From: Phycisphaerales bacterium
GTDB lineage: Bacteria > Planctomycetota > Phycisphaerae > SM23-33 > FEN-1343
DNA length: 64,000 bases
Direction: 5' to 3'
Assembly (NCBI GenBank): GCA_003171335.1
Contig: PMYD01000082.1
Coordinates: 2,518-66,517 of the forward strand
The translations under genes and the position numbers were made by a program. The notes below the pieces were generated by a model. The model was not told the origin of the DNA. It made no database searches and saw only the letters and a list, made by a program, of their open reading frames with translations. Below are positions 47,666 to 57,959 of this stretch, one piece after another (within the stretch, counting starts at the first letter, position 1; the number at the start of each line of letters is the position of its first letter).

Positions 47666-48082
47666 ATGGCAACAAACGTTGCTGAGCCTATGGTCAGCGA
47701 GGCCATTCAAACGGCCGACTGGAAGAAAGAAAAACACGTGCCGATCATCGAATGCCCCGACACGTTCACCAAGGACCAGATGACTGATGTGAAGGTGACC
47801 CTGGGCAAGGAGATCGCCCACCCCAACACCACCGAGCACCACATCCGGTGGATCGATCTGTACTTCCTGCCCGATGATGGCAGCAAATTCGCCTTCCAGA
47901 TCGCCCACTTCGAGTTCACGGCCCACGGCGAATCGGTCAAAGGGCCAAACCAGGGGCCGGTTTACACCCACCACAGCGGGGCCACCAGCATGAAAACCGC
48001 CGTCGGCGGTACGCTTCAGGCCCTGGCCTTCTGCAATATTCACGGCCTGTGGCAGTCGACCAAGAAGATCTCGGTGCAGTAG
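47666..48082 (+). CDS. Class II SORL / desulfoferrodoxin-type superoxide reductase domain protein
   Basis: EKHVP, HPNTTEHHIRWI, CNIHGLW; AAGGAG RBS. Confidence 0.9.
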   Translation: MATNVAEPMVSEAIQTADWKKEKHVPIIECPDTFTKDQMTDVKVTLGKEIAHPNTTEHHIRWIDLYFLPDDGSKFAFQIAHFEFTAHGESVKGPNQGPVYTHHSGATSMKTAVGGTLQALAFCNIHGLWQSTKKISVQ

Positions 48083-48112
48083 ATGGGCTGAGGCAGGCAT
48101 CGCGTGTTGCTG

Positions 48113-48359
48113 TCAGGTGTCCGCGACGGACACCTGAGGCGGGGAATTCAACTGTCCGCGGCGGACAGTTGAACCGGGGCCACGGAATCCGCATAAGTGT
48201 TACATTCTTCTTCATTTGCGGACGAGTGTAACACTTAAATCGAGAAGACCTCAGGTGTGCGCGGCGCACACCTCTGATTTTGGATCGCACCTTTAAACCG
48301 TTTAAAGGTGAAAGCGCCTATTAGTAATGATAAGGGTCACGTGCGCAATTGCGCACCTG
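48113..48359. repeat. Cluster of six different ~22-27-bp palindromes
   Basis: See findings; each is self-complementary, shared outer bases, different interiors. Confidence 0.8.
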
Positions 48360-48475
48360 CCTTGACCCGACCTGTCAAAATGCGCGCGCGGGGCACTTGG
48401 ACTGCCTAAACTGTCATTAGGGCGGATATGGGCTGATTTTGATAATGATAACATTAGCAATAACTTATGCTTTCC

Positions 48476-48491
48476 AGGCATGCTTATTGCA
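48476..48491 (+). promoter_or_regulatory. Putative sigma54 promoter of dnaK
   Basis: AGGCATGCTTATTGCA = GG-N10-GC, close to TGGCACG-N4-TTGCW. Confidence 0.6.
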
Positions 48492-48539
48492 TAATGCCAT
48501 TAGCAAGAATTCATACGCGATACCAGGAGTTTAAGAACA

Positions 48540-50471
48540 ATGGCAAGCAAGAAGATCATCGGCATTGACCTTGGCACCACCAACAGCGTCGTGGCCCTCA
48601 TGGAAGGCAGTGCCCCCAAGGTACTTATCAACCAGCAGGGCAGCCGGCTGACCCCCAGCGTGGTGGCCCTCACGGATAAGGGCGAGTGGTTAGTAGGCCA
48701 GGCGGCCAAACACCAGCAGGTGACCAACCCGAAGAACACCGTCTTCTCGATCAAGCGCTTCATGGGCCGGCGGCACAATGAAGTGGCCACGGAAGAGAAG
48801 ATGGTGCCCTACGAGATCGTCGGCGGGCCCGACGAGCTGGTGAAGGTCCGCATTCGCGGCAAGGATTACACGCCGCCGGAAATCTCGGCGATGATTCTCC
48901 AGGATCTCAAGAAGACCGCCGAGGACTACCTGGGCGAGAAGGTGGAGCGCGCCGTCATCACGGTGCCGGCGTACTTCAACGATGCCCAGCGCCAGGCCAC
49001 CAAGGATGCCGGCGAGATCGCCGGGCTGAAGGTCGAGCGCATTATTAACGAACCCACCGCCGCAGCGCTGGCCTATGGGCTCGAGAAGAAGCGCAACGAG
49101 AAGGTGGCCGTTTTCGACTTCGGCGGCGGCACGTTCGACATCTCGAACATGGACATCGGCGACAACGTCTTTGAAGTGCTCTCCACCAACGGCGACACGC
49201 ATCTTGGCGGCGATGACCTCGACGAGGTGCTCATCCACTACATCGCCGATGAGTTCAAGAAGCAGGAAGGCGTGGACCTGCGCACGGACCCGATGGCCCT
49301 CCAGCGGCTCAAGGAAGCCGCCGAGAAGGCCAAGTGCGAGTTGTCCACGGCGATGGAGGCGAGCATCAACCTGCCCTTCATCACCGCCACGCAGACCGGC
49401 CCCAAGCACCTGACGATGACGCTGACCCGGGCCAAGCTGGAGCAGCTCTGCGGGCCCGTCTTCGACCGGCTGGTGGGCCCGTGCAAGCAAGCCTTGGCCG
49501 ATGCCAAGGTCACCCCCGAGGATGTGGACGAGGTGGTGCTGGTCGGCGGCTCGACACGCATTCCGCGCGTCCGCCAGATCGCCAAGGACATTTACCGCAA
49601 GGAGCCCAACAAGAGCATCAACCCCGACGAGGTGGTGGGCCTGGGCGCCGCCGTCCAGGGCGGCATCCTGGCGGGTGAAGTGGAAGAGCAGATGGTGCTG
49701 CTGGATGTCACGCCGCTGTCGCTGGGCGTGGAGACGCTTGGCGGCGTGATGACCAAGCTCATCGAACGCAACACCACCATTCCCACGGAGAAGAAGGAAA
49801 CCTTCTCCACCGCCGCCGACAACCAGACCGAGGTGACCATCCACGTGCTCCAGGGCGAGCGCGATTTCGCCCGCGACAACCGCACGCTGGGGCGCTTTAA
49901 TCTGACCGGGCTGCCGCCGGCGCCGCGCGGGCTGCCGCAGATCGAGGTGACGTTCAATATCGACGCCAACGGCATCCTGAACGTTTCCGCCAAGGACCTG
50001 GCCACGAGCAAACAGCAGTCCATCGAGATCAAGGGCTCTTCCGGCCTCAACCAGGCCGAGATCGACCGCATGAAGAAGGATGCCGAGGAGCATGCCGCCG
50101 ATGACAAGCAGCGGCACGAACTGATCGACCTGAAGAACCAGGCCGATCACCTGGCCTGGACGGCCGAGAAGACGCTCCGCGAGCAGGGCGAGAAGGTTTC
50201 CGCCTCCGATCGCTCGAATATCGAGTCGGCCATCACCGCCGTGCGCGAGGCCAACAAGGGCGATGACGCCGAGGCCATTCGCCGCGCCATGAGCCGCCTG
50301 GAGCAGGCCAGTCACAAGCTGGCCGAGGCCATGTACGAGCAGGTCAAGGGCCAAAAAGCCCAGCAGGCCCCGCCCGGCCCCCAGCCGCAGGGCGAACAAC
50401 CCGGTGGCGAAGGCCCCAAGAAAGGCGGCGGCGACGACGTGATCGATGCGGAATATGAAGTGAAGGAATAG
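48540..50471 (+). CDS. dnaK: Molecular chaperone DnaK
   Basis: [39 protein letters not shown]. Confidence 0.98.
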   Translation: MASKKIIGIDLGTTNSVVALMEGSAPKVLINQQGSRLTPSVVALTDKGEWLVGQAAKHQQVTNPKNTVFSIKRFMGRRHNEVATEEKMVPYEIVGGPDELVKVRIRGKDYTPPEISAMILQDLKKTAEDYLGEKVERAVITVPAYFNDAQRQATKDAGEIAGLKVERIINEPTAAALAYGLEKKRNEKVAVFDFGGGTFDISNMDIGDNVFEVLSTNGDTHLGGDDLDEVLIHYIADEFKKQEGVDLRTDPMALQRLKEAAEKAKCELSTAMEASINLPFITATQTGPKHLTMTLTRAKLEQLCGPVFDRLVGPCKQALADAKVTPEDVDEVVLVGGSTRIPRVRQIAKDIYRKEPNKSINPDEVVGLGAAVQGGILAGEVEEQMVLLDVTPLSLGVETLGGVMTKLIERNTTIPTEKKETFSTAADNQTEVTIHVLQGERDFARDNRTLGRFNLTGLPPAPRGLPQIEVTFNIDANGILNVSAKDLATSKQQSIEIKGSSGLNQAEIDRMKKDAEEHAADDKQRHELIDLKNQADHLAWTAEKTLREQGEKVSASDRSNIESAITAVREANKGDDAEAIRRAMSRLEQASHKLAEAMYEQVKGQKAQQAPPGPQPQGEQPGGEGPKKGGGDDVIDAEYEVKE

Positions 50472-50489
50472 GGTTTTGTCGAAAACACC

Positions 50490-50529
50490 GCCCGCGCGCC
50501 AGGTGAATATTGGCGCGCGGGCCTGCTTT
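50490..50529 (+). terminator. Probable terminator after dnaK
   Basis: GCCCGCGCGCCA...TGGCGCGCGGGC hairpin, weak U tail. Confidence 0.55.
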
Positions 50530-50589
50530 CAGGCCGGCTTAAGAAGGTTCATCTCCGGCGTCTCTTCAACCCAGCCTCCAGCCTTCGTC

Positions 50590-53500
50590 TCACGGCGCCG
50601 TATTCCAGTCCGCGCTGAATTCATACCAGCGATTTGAACTCAGCGAGGCGGCAGCGCCGTCCAGCAGTGTGAAAAACAGGGAGCGGCCCCGCATAAACAG
50701 ATGACAATCGGTTTCGCTGGGCATGTGCAGGTCCTGCAACACCAGCACGTCAGAGAATCGGATTTCCGCCGGCAAGTCCGGCCCATTCGTTTGGCCGATA
50801 CGCAATTCGCCATCCTCAATCTCGCCGCTCAGCTTGCCGAAAGTGAATTTCTCGCCGCCGACGCGGCCTATGCAGAAGGCGAGAAGTGCATCCTGGTCGT
50901 GAAAATCCTGTTCGGTGCGGAACGCCCATCGCTCGGTGAAACGCGCTGAGTCGGTGAACGCAAACTCATTGCGATAGAACAAGGCGGGGCGTTTGAGGGC
51001 GAAACGATCGACGCCGCGAATCTGGCCGGTGAAGCTCAAGTGAAGGGCCTCGCCCTCGCGCCAGAGGCGGATTCCGCTTTCGACGTCCTCCGAGGCGCGC
51101 ATGCCCCCCCACGCCGGGAAATACGCGCGTTCGCCGTACAAATCCTGATTCTCCGCCACCACGCCATGCGCTGTGCGCAGTTGGCGAATCATGCCGCCCT
51201 GCCGGCGCAAGGTGACCGAGTAATGCCGGTTGGAGATGATGTACTCGGAGCCGACGCAGCGCGATGTCACACCGCCCATCGCCACCGGCGCCGTGGGGTC
51301 GGGCGCGGGCGGCAACTCGGCAATTTCAACCGGACTTCCGCTTGCCCCGCTGATGCGGCCCGGCGCCAGCAGCCGCACATCATCCGTTACAGGGCCGCTA
51401 AACCGTGTTATTTCCCAGCGGCCGTCCGCGCCTTTGGTGCCGAGCTGACCGGCGAGCGGCAGCATCTCATTTGACCACCAGGCGCCGCCGCATTGCGGGC
51501 GCCAATAGATGCCGCTGCGGTGCGGCCCCGAGATGATTTGGGGCGACACATCGAAGCGGTCGCACAGCCGGCCTTCTACGGTGTCGACGAACCATTCGGC
51601 ATCGTTCCTCGCCGGGATGTCGGCCTCCGGCAGCAGGGTATAGCCCAGCGGGCCAAGTGTGACGGTTGCACGGCCCTGCGGCCAGGTGAGATTGGCCGTG
51701 ATGGGCTGGCGATTGAAGTTGATGACCACGACGCTGGCCGCCTGGCCCAGTTGCCGCAGGCACGTGAACACGCCGGGAACATCGCACTCTACGGCGCGAT
51801 AGTTCGCCAGACCGCGGCTCAGTTCCGGCCGGCGGCGGCGGATCTCGTTGATGCGGGCCAGCTCGGCGCTGTGCCCGATTTCCATGCCGTGATAGATCAT
51901 CGGAATGCCGTCGATCCAGGCGCTCAGGGCGTAGAACGTCTCCATGCCGCGCACGCCGTACCAGCCCTGGGCGCGCAGCGAGTCATGGCTCTCGATATGG
52001 CGCAGCCGCACCGTGCCGCGCGGTTCGCTGAGGCGCTGTTCTTCGAGGTAATCCTGTAAGGCCGTCACAAATTCCGCCGCCTCCATCTTCCGCCAGTTCT
52101 GGCAGACGGTGTAGCAGAAGCCATAATCGTAGATGGCGTCGGATTCGGCGGCGTGCCGCGCGCTTTCCACTTCCGCCAGGATCGCCCCGGCCGGCTTGAA
52201 CTGGCGCACGGCCGCGCGAAGGGCGTGCAGCATGCCCAGGCCGCCGTTCAGATCCGCCAGGCTGGCCCGGGCGTAAGGAATCTTTTCATTCCAGTTGAAC
52301 TCCTTGCTGCCGTACGCGGCGTCGACGCGGTAGCCGTCGATGTCGTACTGCCGCACATAGTGGCCGGCCACGTCGGCCAGATACTGCTGCCACGCCGGCC
52401 AGGCGAAATCGTTGAGCCAGTATTTGAGCGTCGAGCCGTCCTCGCGGCGCAGCATGAATTCCGGATGCTGCTGGTTGTGAAGGGCCGAGGGAGCCCCGCC
52501 GTGCGGGACCAGGTCCTGCAATACCTTGAGCTTCAACTCGTGGGCCCGCGCGACCAGCCGCTTGTACTCATCGCCCGTGCCCAGGCCATCCATGAAGCGG
52601 TAGTAATCCAGGGGCCAGTACGGCTTTTGGTACTCGACCGGCAGGATCCAAATGGCATTGACGCCCAGTCGCGGTAGCGTCGGCAGCAGTTTCTCCGTAG
52701 CGGCCGCGAAGCCGCCAAGATCGGTAAAGTCGCTGGCGATGGTGCCGCCGGGATGAAAGGAGTACAGGATCGCCTCGCGAATCCAGGCAGGCTGATCCTC
52801 CGGCACCTTCAGGCCGACCGAATCCATCCAGTCCCACAATCTCGCCAGGGCCGCCCAGTAATCGCCGGGCAGGACCTCCAGGCTGACAAAACCGATTTCC
52901 TGCGGTTCATCGGGGCGCAGATAGCCGGCGGCCTGCACGGTCTGGCGCAAGTCGAACGTGCCGCTCGCCTCGGTGATCTGGCAGCCTGGCGTGTCTTGCG
53001 TATAACTGGCCCACAGCAAGGTGCAGTCGGCCGCCAACTGCGCCAGGCCCGGCGCGATCGAGCCGCGCCCGTACTGTTTTCGCCCCGGCTGCATTGCCGT
53101 GAAGTCGTGATTCCGGGGCGGCCACACCATGGGCAGCCGGTAAAACCCCTCCCCCTTGGCCATAATGCCCGACAGGCGGAAGGCCACTCTGCGCAACTTC
53201 ACCGTTTCTGCGCCGCGGTTGATCAACCGCAAAGACCGGTCCAGTCGCGGCGGGCCATCGAGGAGCCGATGCGTTTCCACCCATTCGAACTGGCCGGCGG
53301 CCAGAGTCAGTTCCAGCGTATCCGGCGCCGGGCGGGCCTGTTTGAGCAGCTTGGGCGCCGGCGTCATCTCTTCCAGCCAGGTGAGCTTATCCGGCGCCGG
53401 GCCGATGCCAAACGTGATCGAAGGCACGCTGGCCTGGCTGCGTGCAATTTCACGCAGGCCGGCTGTAAACCGGAGCAGCGCCCCGGTGTTCTCGTCAAAC

Positions 53501-53607
53501 GTCAGGGTCAGCGCTCCGCGCTGAAACAGAATCGGCTCGCCGCGTGCCGGTGTGGACAGTGCCATAACGGATACCCCAAGCAAGAACAGGGATATTACGA
53601 ATCTCAT
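50590..53607 (-). CDS. Exported alpha-amylase-family (GH13-like) multidomain protein
   Basis: LGVNAIWILP, LQDLVPH, DGYRVDAA, LAEV, ESHD, GIPMIYHGME. Confidence 0.8.
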   Translation of the reverse strand: MRFVISLFLLGVSVMALSTPARGEPILFQRGALTLTFDENTGALLRFTAGLREIARSQASVPSITFGIGPAPDKLTWLEEMTPAPKLLKQARPAPDTLELTLAAGQFEWVETHRLLDGPPRLDRSLRLINRGAETVKLRRVAFRLSGIMAKGEGFYRLPMVWPPRNHDFTAMQPGRKQYGRGSIAPGLAQLAADCTLLWASYTQDTPGCQITEASGTFDLRQTVQAAGYLRPDEPQEIGFVSLEVLPGDYWAALARLWDWMDSVGLKVPEDQPAWIREAILYSFHPGGTIASDFTDLGGFAAATEKLLPTLPRLGVNAIWILPVEYQKPYWPLDYYRFMDGLGTGDEYKRLVARAHELKLKVLQDLVPHGGAPSALHNQQHPEFMLRREDGSTLKYWLNDFAWPAWQQYLADVAGHYVRQYDIDGYRVDAAYGSKEFNWNEKIPYARASLADLNGGLGMLHALRAAVRQFKPAGAILAEVESARHAAESDAIYDYGFCYTVCQNWRKMEAAEFVTALQDYLEEQRLSEPRGTVRLRHIESHDSLRAQGWYGVRGMETFYALSAWIDGIPMIYHGMEIGHSAELARINEIRRRRPELSRGLANYRAVECDVPGVFTCLRQLGQAASVVVINFNRQPITANLTWPQGRATVTLGPLGYTLLPEADIPARNDAEWFVDTVEGRLCDRFDVSPQIISGPHRSGIYWRPQCGGAWWSNEMLPLAGQLGTKGADGRWEITRFSGPVTDDVRLLAPGRISGASGSPVEIAELPPAPDPTAPVAMGGVTSRCVGSEYIISNRHYSVTLRRQGGMIRQLRTAHGVVAENQDLYGERAYFPAWGGMRASEDVESGIRLWREGEALHLSFTGQIRGVDRFALKRPALFYRNEFAFTDSARFTERWAFRTEQDFHDQDALLAFCIGRVGGEKFTFGKLSGEIEDGELRIGQTNGPDLPAEIRFSDVLVLQDLHMPSETDCHLFMRGRSLFFTLLDGAAASLSSNRWYEFSADWNTAP

Positions 53608-53672
53608 TGCGGCATTCCTGATACTCCCCCCGTAGGCCACTGGCGAAATGCCTGCGGCTTGGCCGGGCCAGC

Positions 53673-54989
53673 TTACTTCTTGCGGTGATCGATGACGCGC
53701 ACCGCCTTGCCGGCCGAGCGATCCAGGGTCTGCGGTTCGACCAACTCGACGTTCACGCGGATGGTGGTGATGGAGTGGATCTCGCGCGAGATCTTCTCGC
53801 GCAGGGCCTCCATCTGGCTCATCCGGTCGGAGAAATCCTGCGCCCGCACCTCGACCTTGACGGTCACCTCGTCCATCTTGCCGGGTCGGTCCACCTCGAT
53901 GAAGTAATGCGGCGCGGCGCCTTCGACGCGCAGCAGCGCCTCCTCGATCTGCGAAGGAAACACGTTGACGCCGCGGATGATGAGCATGTCATCCGTCCGG
54001 CCCACGATGCGGCTCATTCGCACGCCCGTGCGGCCGCACGGGCAGGGGCTGGGGTCCAGGTGGGCGATGTCGCGCGTGCGGTAGCGGAGGATCGGCATGG
54101 CCTGCTTGGTCAGCGTGGTGAGGACCAGCTCGCCGCGCTGGCCATCTTCAACCGGCTCCAGCGTGTCGGGGTCCAGGCATTCCACCAGGAAATGGTCCTC
54201 GCTGATGTGCATGCCGTTGCGCGCCACGCACTCGCCGCTGACGCCCGGACCCATGACCTCGGACAACCCGTAATTGTTGAAGGCCATCAGCCCCAGGCCG
54301 GCCTCGATCTGGCGGCGCATGTCTTCCGTCCACGGCTCACCGCCGAAATGGGCGAATTTGAGCGAGAGGTCCTTCGGCTTGACGCCCTGGCCTTGGGCCA
54401 CCTCGGCGATGTTCAGGGCGTAGCTGGGGGTACAGACCAGCACATCGGCCCCCAGGTCCTTCAGCAGCATCACCTGCCGGGGCGTGTTGCCCGAGGCGGC
54501 CGGCAGCACGGCCGCCCCGACGCGCTCGCAACCGTAGTGCAGACCGAAGCCGCCGGTAAAGAGCCCGTAGCCGAAGGCGATGTGCACCGTATGTTCGCTG
54601 CGCAGGCCGCCGGCGGTGAGAAAGCGGGCGCACAGGTCGGCCCAGGTATTCAGGTCGTGGCGGTTATAGGCGACGAAGATGGGTTTGCCCGTCGTGCCCG
54701 AGGAGCAGTGAAATCGCGCCACTTGCGCGCGTGGAATCGCGAGGAAATCCAGCGGGTAGCCATCGCGCAGGTCCGCCTTGGTGGTGATGGGCAGCCGGCG
54801 GACATCCTCGAGCTTTCGAATGCTTTGGGCTGTGACTTTGGCCTTGGCCAGCGCCTTCTTGTAGAAAGGCACGCACGCCGCCCGGGCCACCGCCTCGCGC
54901 AGGCGCTGAAGCTGCAATGCCGCCAGCTCCTTGCGCGGCATGGCTTCGGCGGGATCGAATACCTTGTTTTCGAAAGGAAATGCGTTCAT
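53673..54989 (-). CDS. paaK: Phenylacetate-CoA ligase family protein (paralog 1)
   Basis: SSGTTGKP, GYGLFTGG, CTPSY, YGLSE, RYRTRD, GRTDDM. Confidence 0.92.
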   Translation of the reverse strand: MNAFPFENKVFDPAEAMPRKELAALQLQRLREAVARAACVPFYKKALAKAKVTAQSIRKLEDVRRLPITTKADLRDGYPLDFLAIPRAQVARFHCSSGTTGKPIFVAYNRHDLNTWADLCARFLTAGGLRSEHTVHIAFGYGLFTGGFGLHYGCERVGAAVLPAASGNTPRQVMLLKDLGADVLVCTPSYALNIAEVAQGQGVKPKDLSLKFAHFGGEPWTEDMRRQIEAGLGLMAFNNYGLSEVMGPGVSGECVARNGMHISEDHFLVECLDPDTLEPVEDGQRGELVLTTLTKQAMPILRYRTRDIAHLDPSPCPCGRTGVRMSRIVGRTDDMLIIRGVNVFPSQIEEALLRVEGAAPHYFIEVDRPGKMDEVTVKVEVRAQDFSDRMSQMEALREKISREIHSITTIRVNVELVEPQTLDRSAGKAVRVIDHRKK

Positions 54990-55062
54990 ACGACTCCGTA
55001 CCAGAGCGACCGGCAGATGGATGCCCTCTTGCTTCTCCCGTCTCCAGCCTACAGCCTAAAGC

Positions 55063-55503
55063 CTATTTCCCCGCCCGCTCATACAGCTCCACGCTGCTGA
55101 TCACATTCATGCCCTTGGCCTGAATGGCGCGGATGCCGGCGTCGGGGTCTTCGAAGCGGAAGACGATAATCGCCTTGTCTGCGCGGCGGAAGGTGAAGGC
55201 ATACATGTATTCCACGTTCAGGGCCGACTTCTCGATGGCCATCAGCACATCGGCCAGCCCGCCGGGCCGGTCGGGCACCTCGATGGCGATAACCTCCGTG
55301 AGGTTGACCACGCAGCCGGCCGCCTCCAGCGCCTTCTTGGCCTTCTGCGGCTCCTTGACGATCAGCCGCATGATGCCGAACTGATGCGTGTCGGCCAGCG
55401 ACAGCGTCAGGATGTTGATTCCCGCATCCGCCAGCGCCCGACACGGATGGCTCAGGCGGCCCGGCTTGTTCTCCAGGAACACAGACAATTGCGTGATCTT
55501 CAT
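55063..55503 (-). CDS. Double ACT domain protein
   Basis: QLSVFLENKPGRL, DRPGGL, VEYMYAF. Confidence 0.92.
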   Translation of the reverse strand: MKITQLSVFLENKPGRLSHPCRALADAGINILTLSLADTHQFGIMRLIVKEPQKAKKALEAAGCVVNLTEVIAIEVPDRPGGLADVLMAIEKSALNVEYMYAFTFRRADKAIIVFRFEDPDAGIRAIQAKGMNVISSVELYERAGK

Positions 55504-55964
55504 GGTTTTTCCCCGTGTTCGTCGAGAGGAAGGAGTTGCTCAAGGATCTCCACCGCATCGCGGACGAAGCCCGCGCAGCGGGTGCGAAAGACGCCCGCCT
55601 GGCGCGCTGCCTCATAGGCCTCGGCATCGTCAAAACTGAATCCCAGGAGCGACCGGCAATCCAGGTACTCATTTTTAGCCTTAAAGCGCCGGGCGAACTC
55701 GGCCACCAGTTCGTACGCCCGCTGCTTGGCGGCGTCCTGGTCTTTTTCCAGGCGGGCATGGACCAGGCCGATGGCCATGAACGCGCCGGTCACCGCCCCG
55801 CACGTGAGGCCCAGGTGGCCCATGCCGCCGCCCATGCCCTGGGCAATTTTGAGGGCCGCCTGGCGCGGCAGGCCCAGGGGCTCCCCCACCGCCGAGAGCA
55901 CCGCCTGGCAGCAGTTGAAGCCGTCGGCGAAGGTGCGGCTGGCGCTGTCGGTGAGCTTGCTCAT
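55500..55964 (-). CDS. C_GCAxxG_C_C family redox-active protein
   Basis: FNCCQAV, GGGMG...TCGAVTGA, C..L, C. Confidence 0.9.
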   Translation of the reverse strand: MSKLTDSASRTFADGFNCCQAVLSAVGEPLGLPRQAALKIAQGMGGGMGHLGLTCGAVTGAFMAIGLVHARLEKDQDAAKQRAYELVAEFARRFKAKNEYLDCRSLLGFSFDDAEAYEAARQAGVFRTRCAGFVRDAVEILEQLLPLDEHGEKP

Positions 55965-57304
55965 GCCTCGGTCTTCTCATTGCGGCGGTCGATGAGCCGC
56001 TTGGCCTTGCCCATGCTGCGCTCGATGGTGTGCGGCTCGACCAGACTCACCTTGACGCGCAGGCCCAGCGTGTGCTCGATGGCGCTGCTCAGCCGGTCGT
56101 GCAGCGACTCCAGCGCGCTGACCTTGTCGCTGAAGAACGCCGCCGTCACCTCGACCTGGACGTCCATCTCGTCCAGCCCTTTCTGGCGGGTTAAAACGAT
56201 CTGGTAATGCGGCAGCGTGCCCTCCACGGCCAGCAGGGCCGCCTCCACCTGGGAGGGGAAGACGTTGATGCCGCGGATGATGAACATGTCGTCGCTGCGC
56301 CGGCCGATCCGCCGGATCCGCCGAATCGTGCGGCCGCACGGGCACGGCTCGGTGATCAGGCTGGTGATGTCGCGCGTGCGGTAGCGGATCATGGGCATGG
56401 CCTTCTTGGCCAGCGTGGTGAGCACCAGTTCGCCTTCGCCGCCGTCGGGTACGGGTTCGAGCGTCTGCGGATTGACGATCTCGGGGTAGAAATAATCCTC
56501 GAACACGTGCAGGCCCGACTGCTCGCGGCACTCGCTGGCCACGCCGGGGCCGATGATCTCCGTCAGGCCGTAAATGTCGTACGCCTTGATGCCCGCGGCC
56601 TTCTCCATGTAGGCGCGCATGGCGTCGCTCCAGGGCTCAGCGCCGAAAACGCCCGCGCGGATCGGCAGTGCCTTCAGGTCCACGCCCATCTCGCCGGCGC
56701 GCTCGACAATGTGCAGGAAATAGCTGGGCGTGCAGCAGATGGCCGTGACGCCGAAATCCTGCATCACCATGATCTGCCGATCCGTGTTGCCGCCGGAGAT
56801 GGGAATCACGGTGGCCCCCAGGCCCTCGGCGCCGTAGTGGGCGCCCAGGCCGCCGGTGAACAGGCCGTAGCCGTAGGCGTTCTGGATGATATCGCCCTCG
56901 GCGCAGCCGCAGGCGGCCAGAGTGCGGACCATCACGTTGGTCCACACCTGTACATCCTCGGCCGTGTATGCCACGACGATGGGCTTGCCCGTGGTGCCGC
57001 TGGAGGCGTGCAGGCGGACCACATCGCGCATGTCGCTGGCGAACAGGCCGAAGGGATACGTGTCGCGCAGGTCGGCCTTGACGGTAAAGGGCAGCCGGGC
57101 CACGTCCGAAAGGCATTTCATATCCTGCGGCTTGCACTTGCGCTCATCCATGCGCTGACGGAAGAGGCTCACGTGGTTATACGCGCGGGCCACCATATTT
57201 TGCAGCCGCTCGAGCTGGAGGTGCTGCAACTGTTCGGCGGGCAGAAAGTCAGGCGTGCTTGCCGGGTGGAACACGCACGCCGCCGGTTTGACGTTGGTCG
57301 TCAT
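55961..57304 (-). CDS. paaK: Phenylacetate-CoA ligase family protein (paralog 2)
   Basis: HASSGTTGKP, YGYGLFTGGLG, GAEPWS, RYRTRD, RSDDM. Confidence 0.92.
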   Translation of the reverse strand: MTTNVKPAACVFHPASTPDFLPAEQLQHLQLERLQNMVARAYNHVSLFRQRMDERKCKPQDMKCLSDVARLPFTVKADLRDTYPFGLFASDMRDVVRLHASSGTTGKPIVVAYTAEDVQVWTNVMVRTLAACGCAEGDIIQNAYGYGLFTGGLGAHYGAEGLGATVIPISGGNTDRQIMVMQDFGVTAICCTPSYFLHIVERAGEMGVDLKALPIRAGVFGAEPWSDAMRAYMEKAAGIKAYDIYGLTEIIGPGVASECREQSGLHVFEDYFYPEIVNPQTLEPVPDGGEGELVLTTLAKKAMPMIRYRTRDITSLITEPCPCGRTIRRIRRIGRRSDDMFIIRGINVFPSQVEAALLAVEGTLPHYQIVLTRQKGLDEMDVQVEVTAAFFSDKVSALESLHDRLSSAIEHTLGLRVKVSLVEPHTIERSMGKAKRLIDRRNEKTEA

Positions 57305-57432
57305 AGATGCGCTCCTGCTGCCTTTGGCCTCACTGGCCGCGACAAAACCCAATGTGGCATGGATTGTCCGCGGACGGGCCGGCGAATTCAAGCTTTTGCA
57401 GCCAGCCACGCCCGAACCGGCGATGGCCCGCC

Positions 57433-57930
57433 TCACGCCACTCCATGCGCCGCCTTGTACAAGTTCCACGTCAAATGCATCTGCCCCTGGTGATGAGCCT
57501 CGTGGAACGTCAGCAGGACGCATGATTCGCCGATGGTGCGCTTGACGTTATTGGGGAAAACGATGGCGCGCTCGATCTCCGAAGGCGCCAGCGCGCGAAA
57601 ATAGTCCCGGGCGTGGGTGTAGTGCTTCTCCAGGGTCCGGCGGATCGTTTCCAGGTCCGGCACGTTCTGGTCGGAAGGCGTGCTGCCGCCGCCGAAGCGC
57701 TGGTTCAGCTCCGGATCGCTCACGGGCTTCTGGCACAGCCGCTCGTTAATGTATCGATCGTGCGTGGCGGCCATGTGCATGGCCTGCCAGGCGATGTGCG
57801 CACGGCCGGAGCCGGGCCGCCAGGCCAAAACTTTCGAGGGGTTCTGCCCGCTCTTGGCGATCGTGTCCAGCGTGCCGATTACGCGTACGCGGGTGAATTC
57901 CATCGCGGCCAACAGGGTTTCTTTATCCAT
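57433..57930 (-). CDS. DinB superfamily protein
   Basis: HIAWQAMH...HEAHHQGQ. Confidence 0.85.
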   Translation of the reverse strand: MDKETLLAAMEFTRVRVIGTLDTIAKSGQNPSKVLAWRPGSGRAHIAWQAMHMAATHDRYINERLCQKPVSDPELNQRFGGGSTPSDQNVPDLETIRRTLEKHYTHARDYFRALAPSEIERAIVFPNNVKRTIGESCVLLTFHEAHHQGQMHLTWNLYKAAHGVA

Positions 57931-57959
57931 CGTTCGGTTCCTTTCCTTTGCGACGCCAG

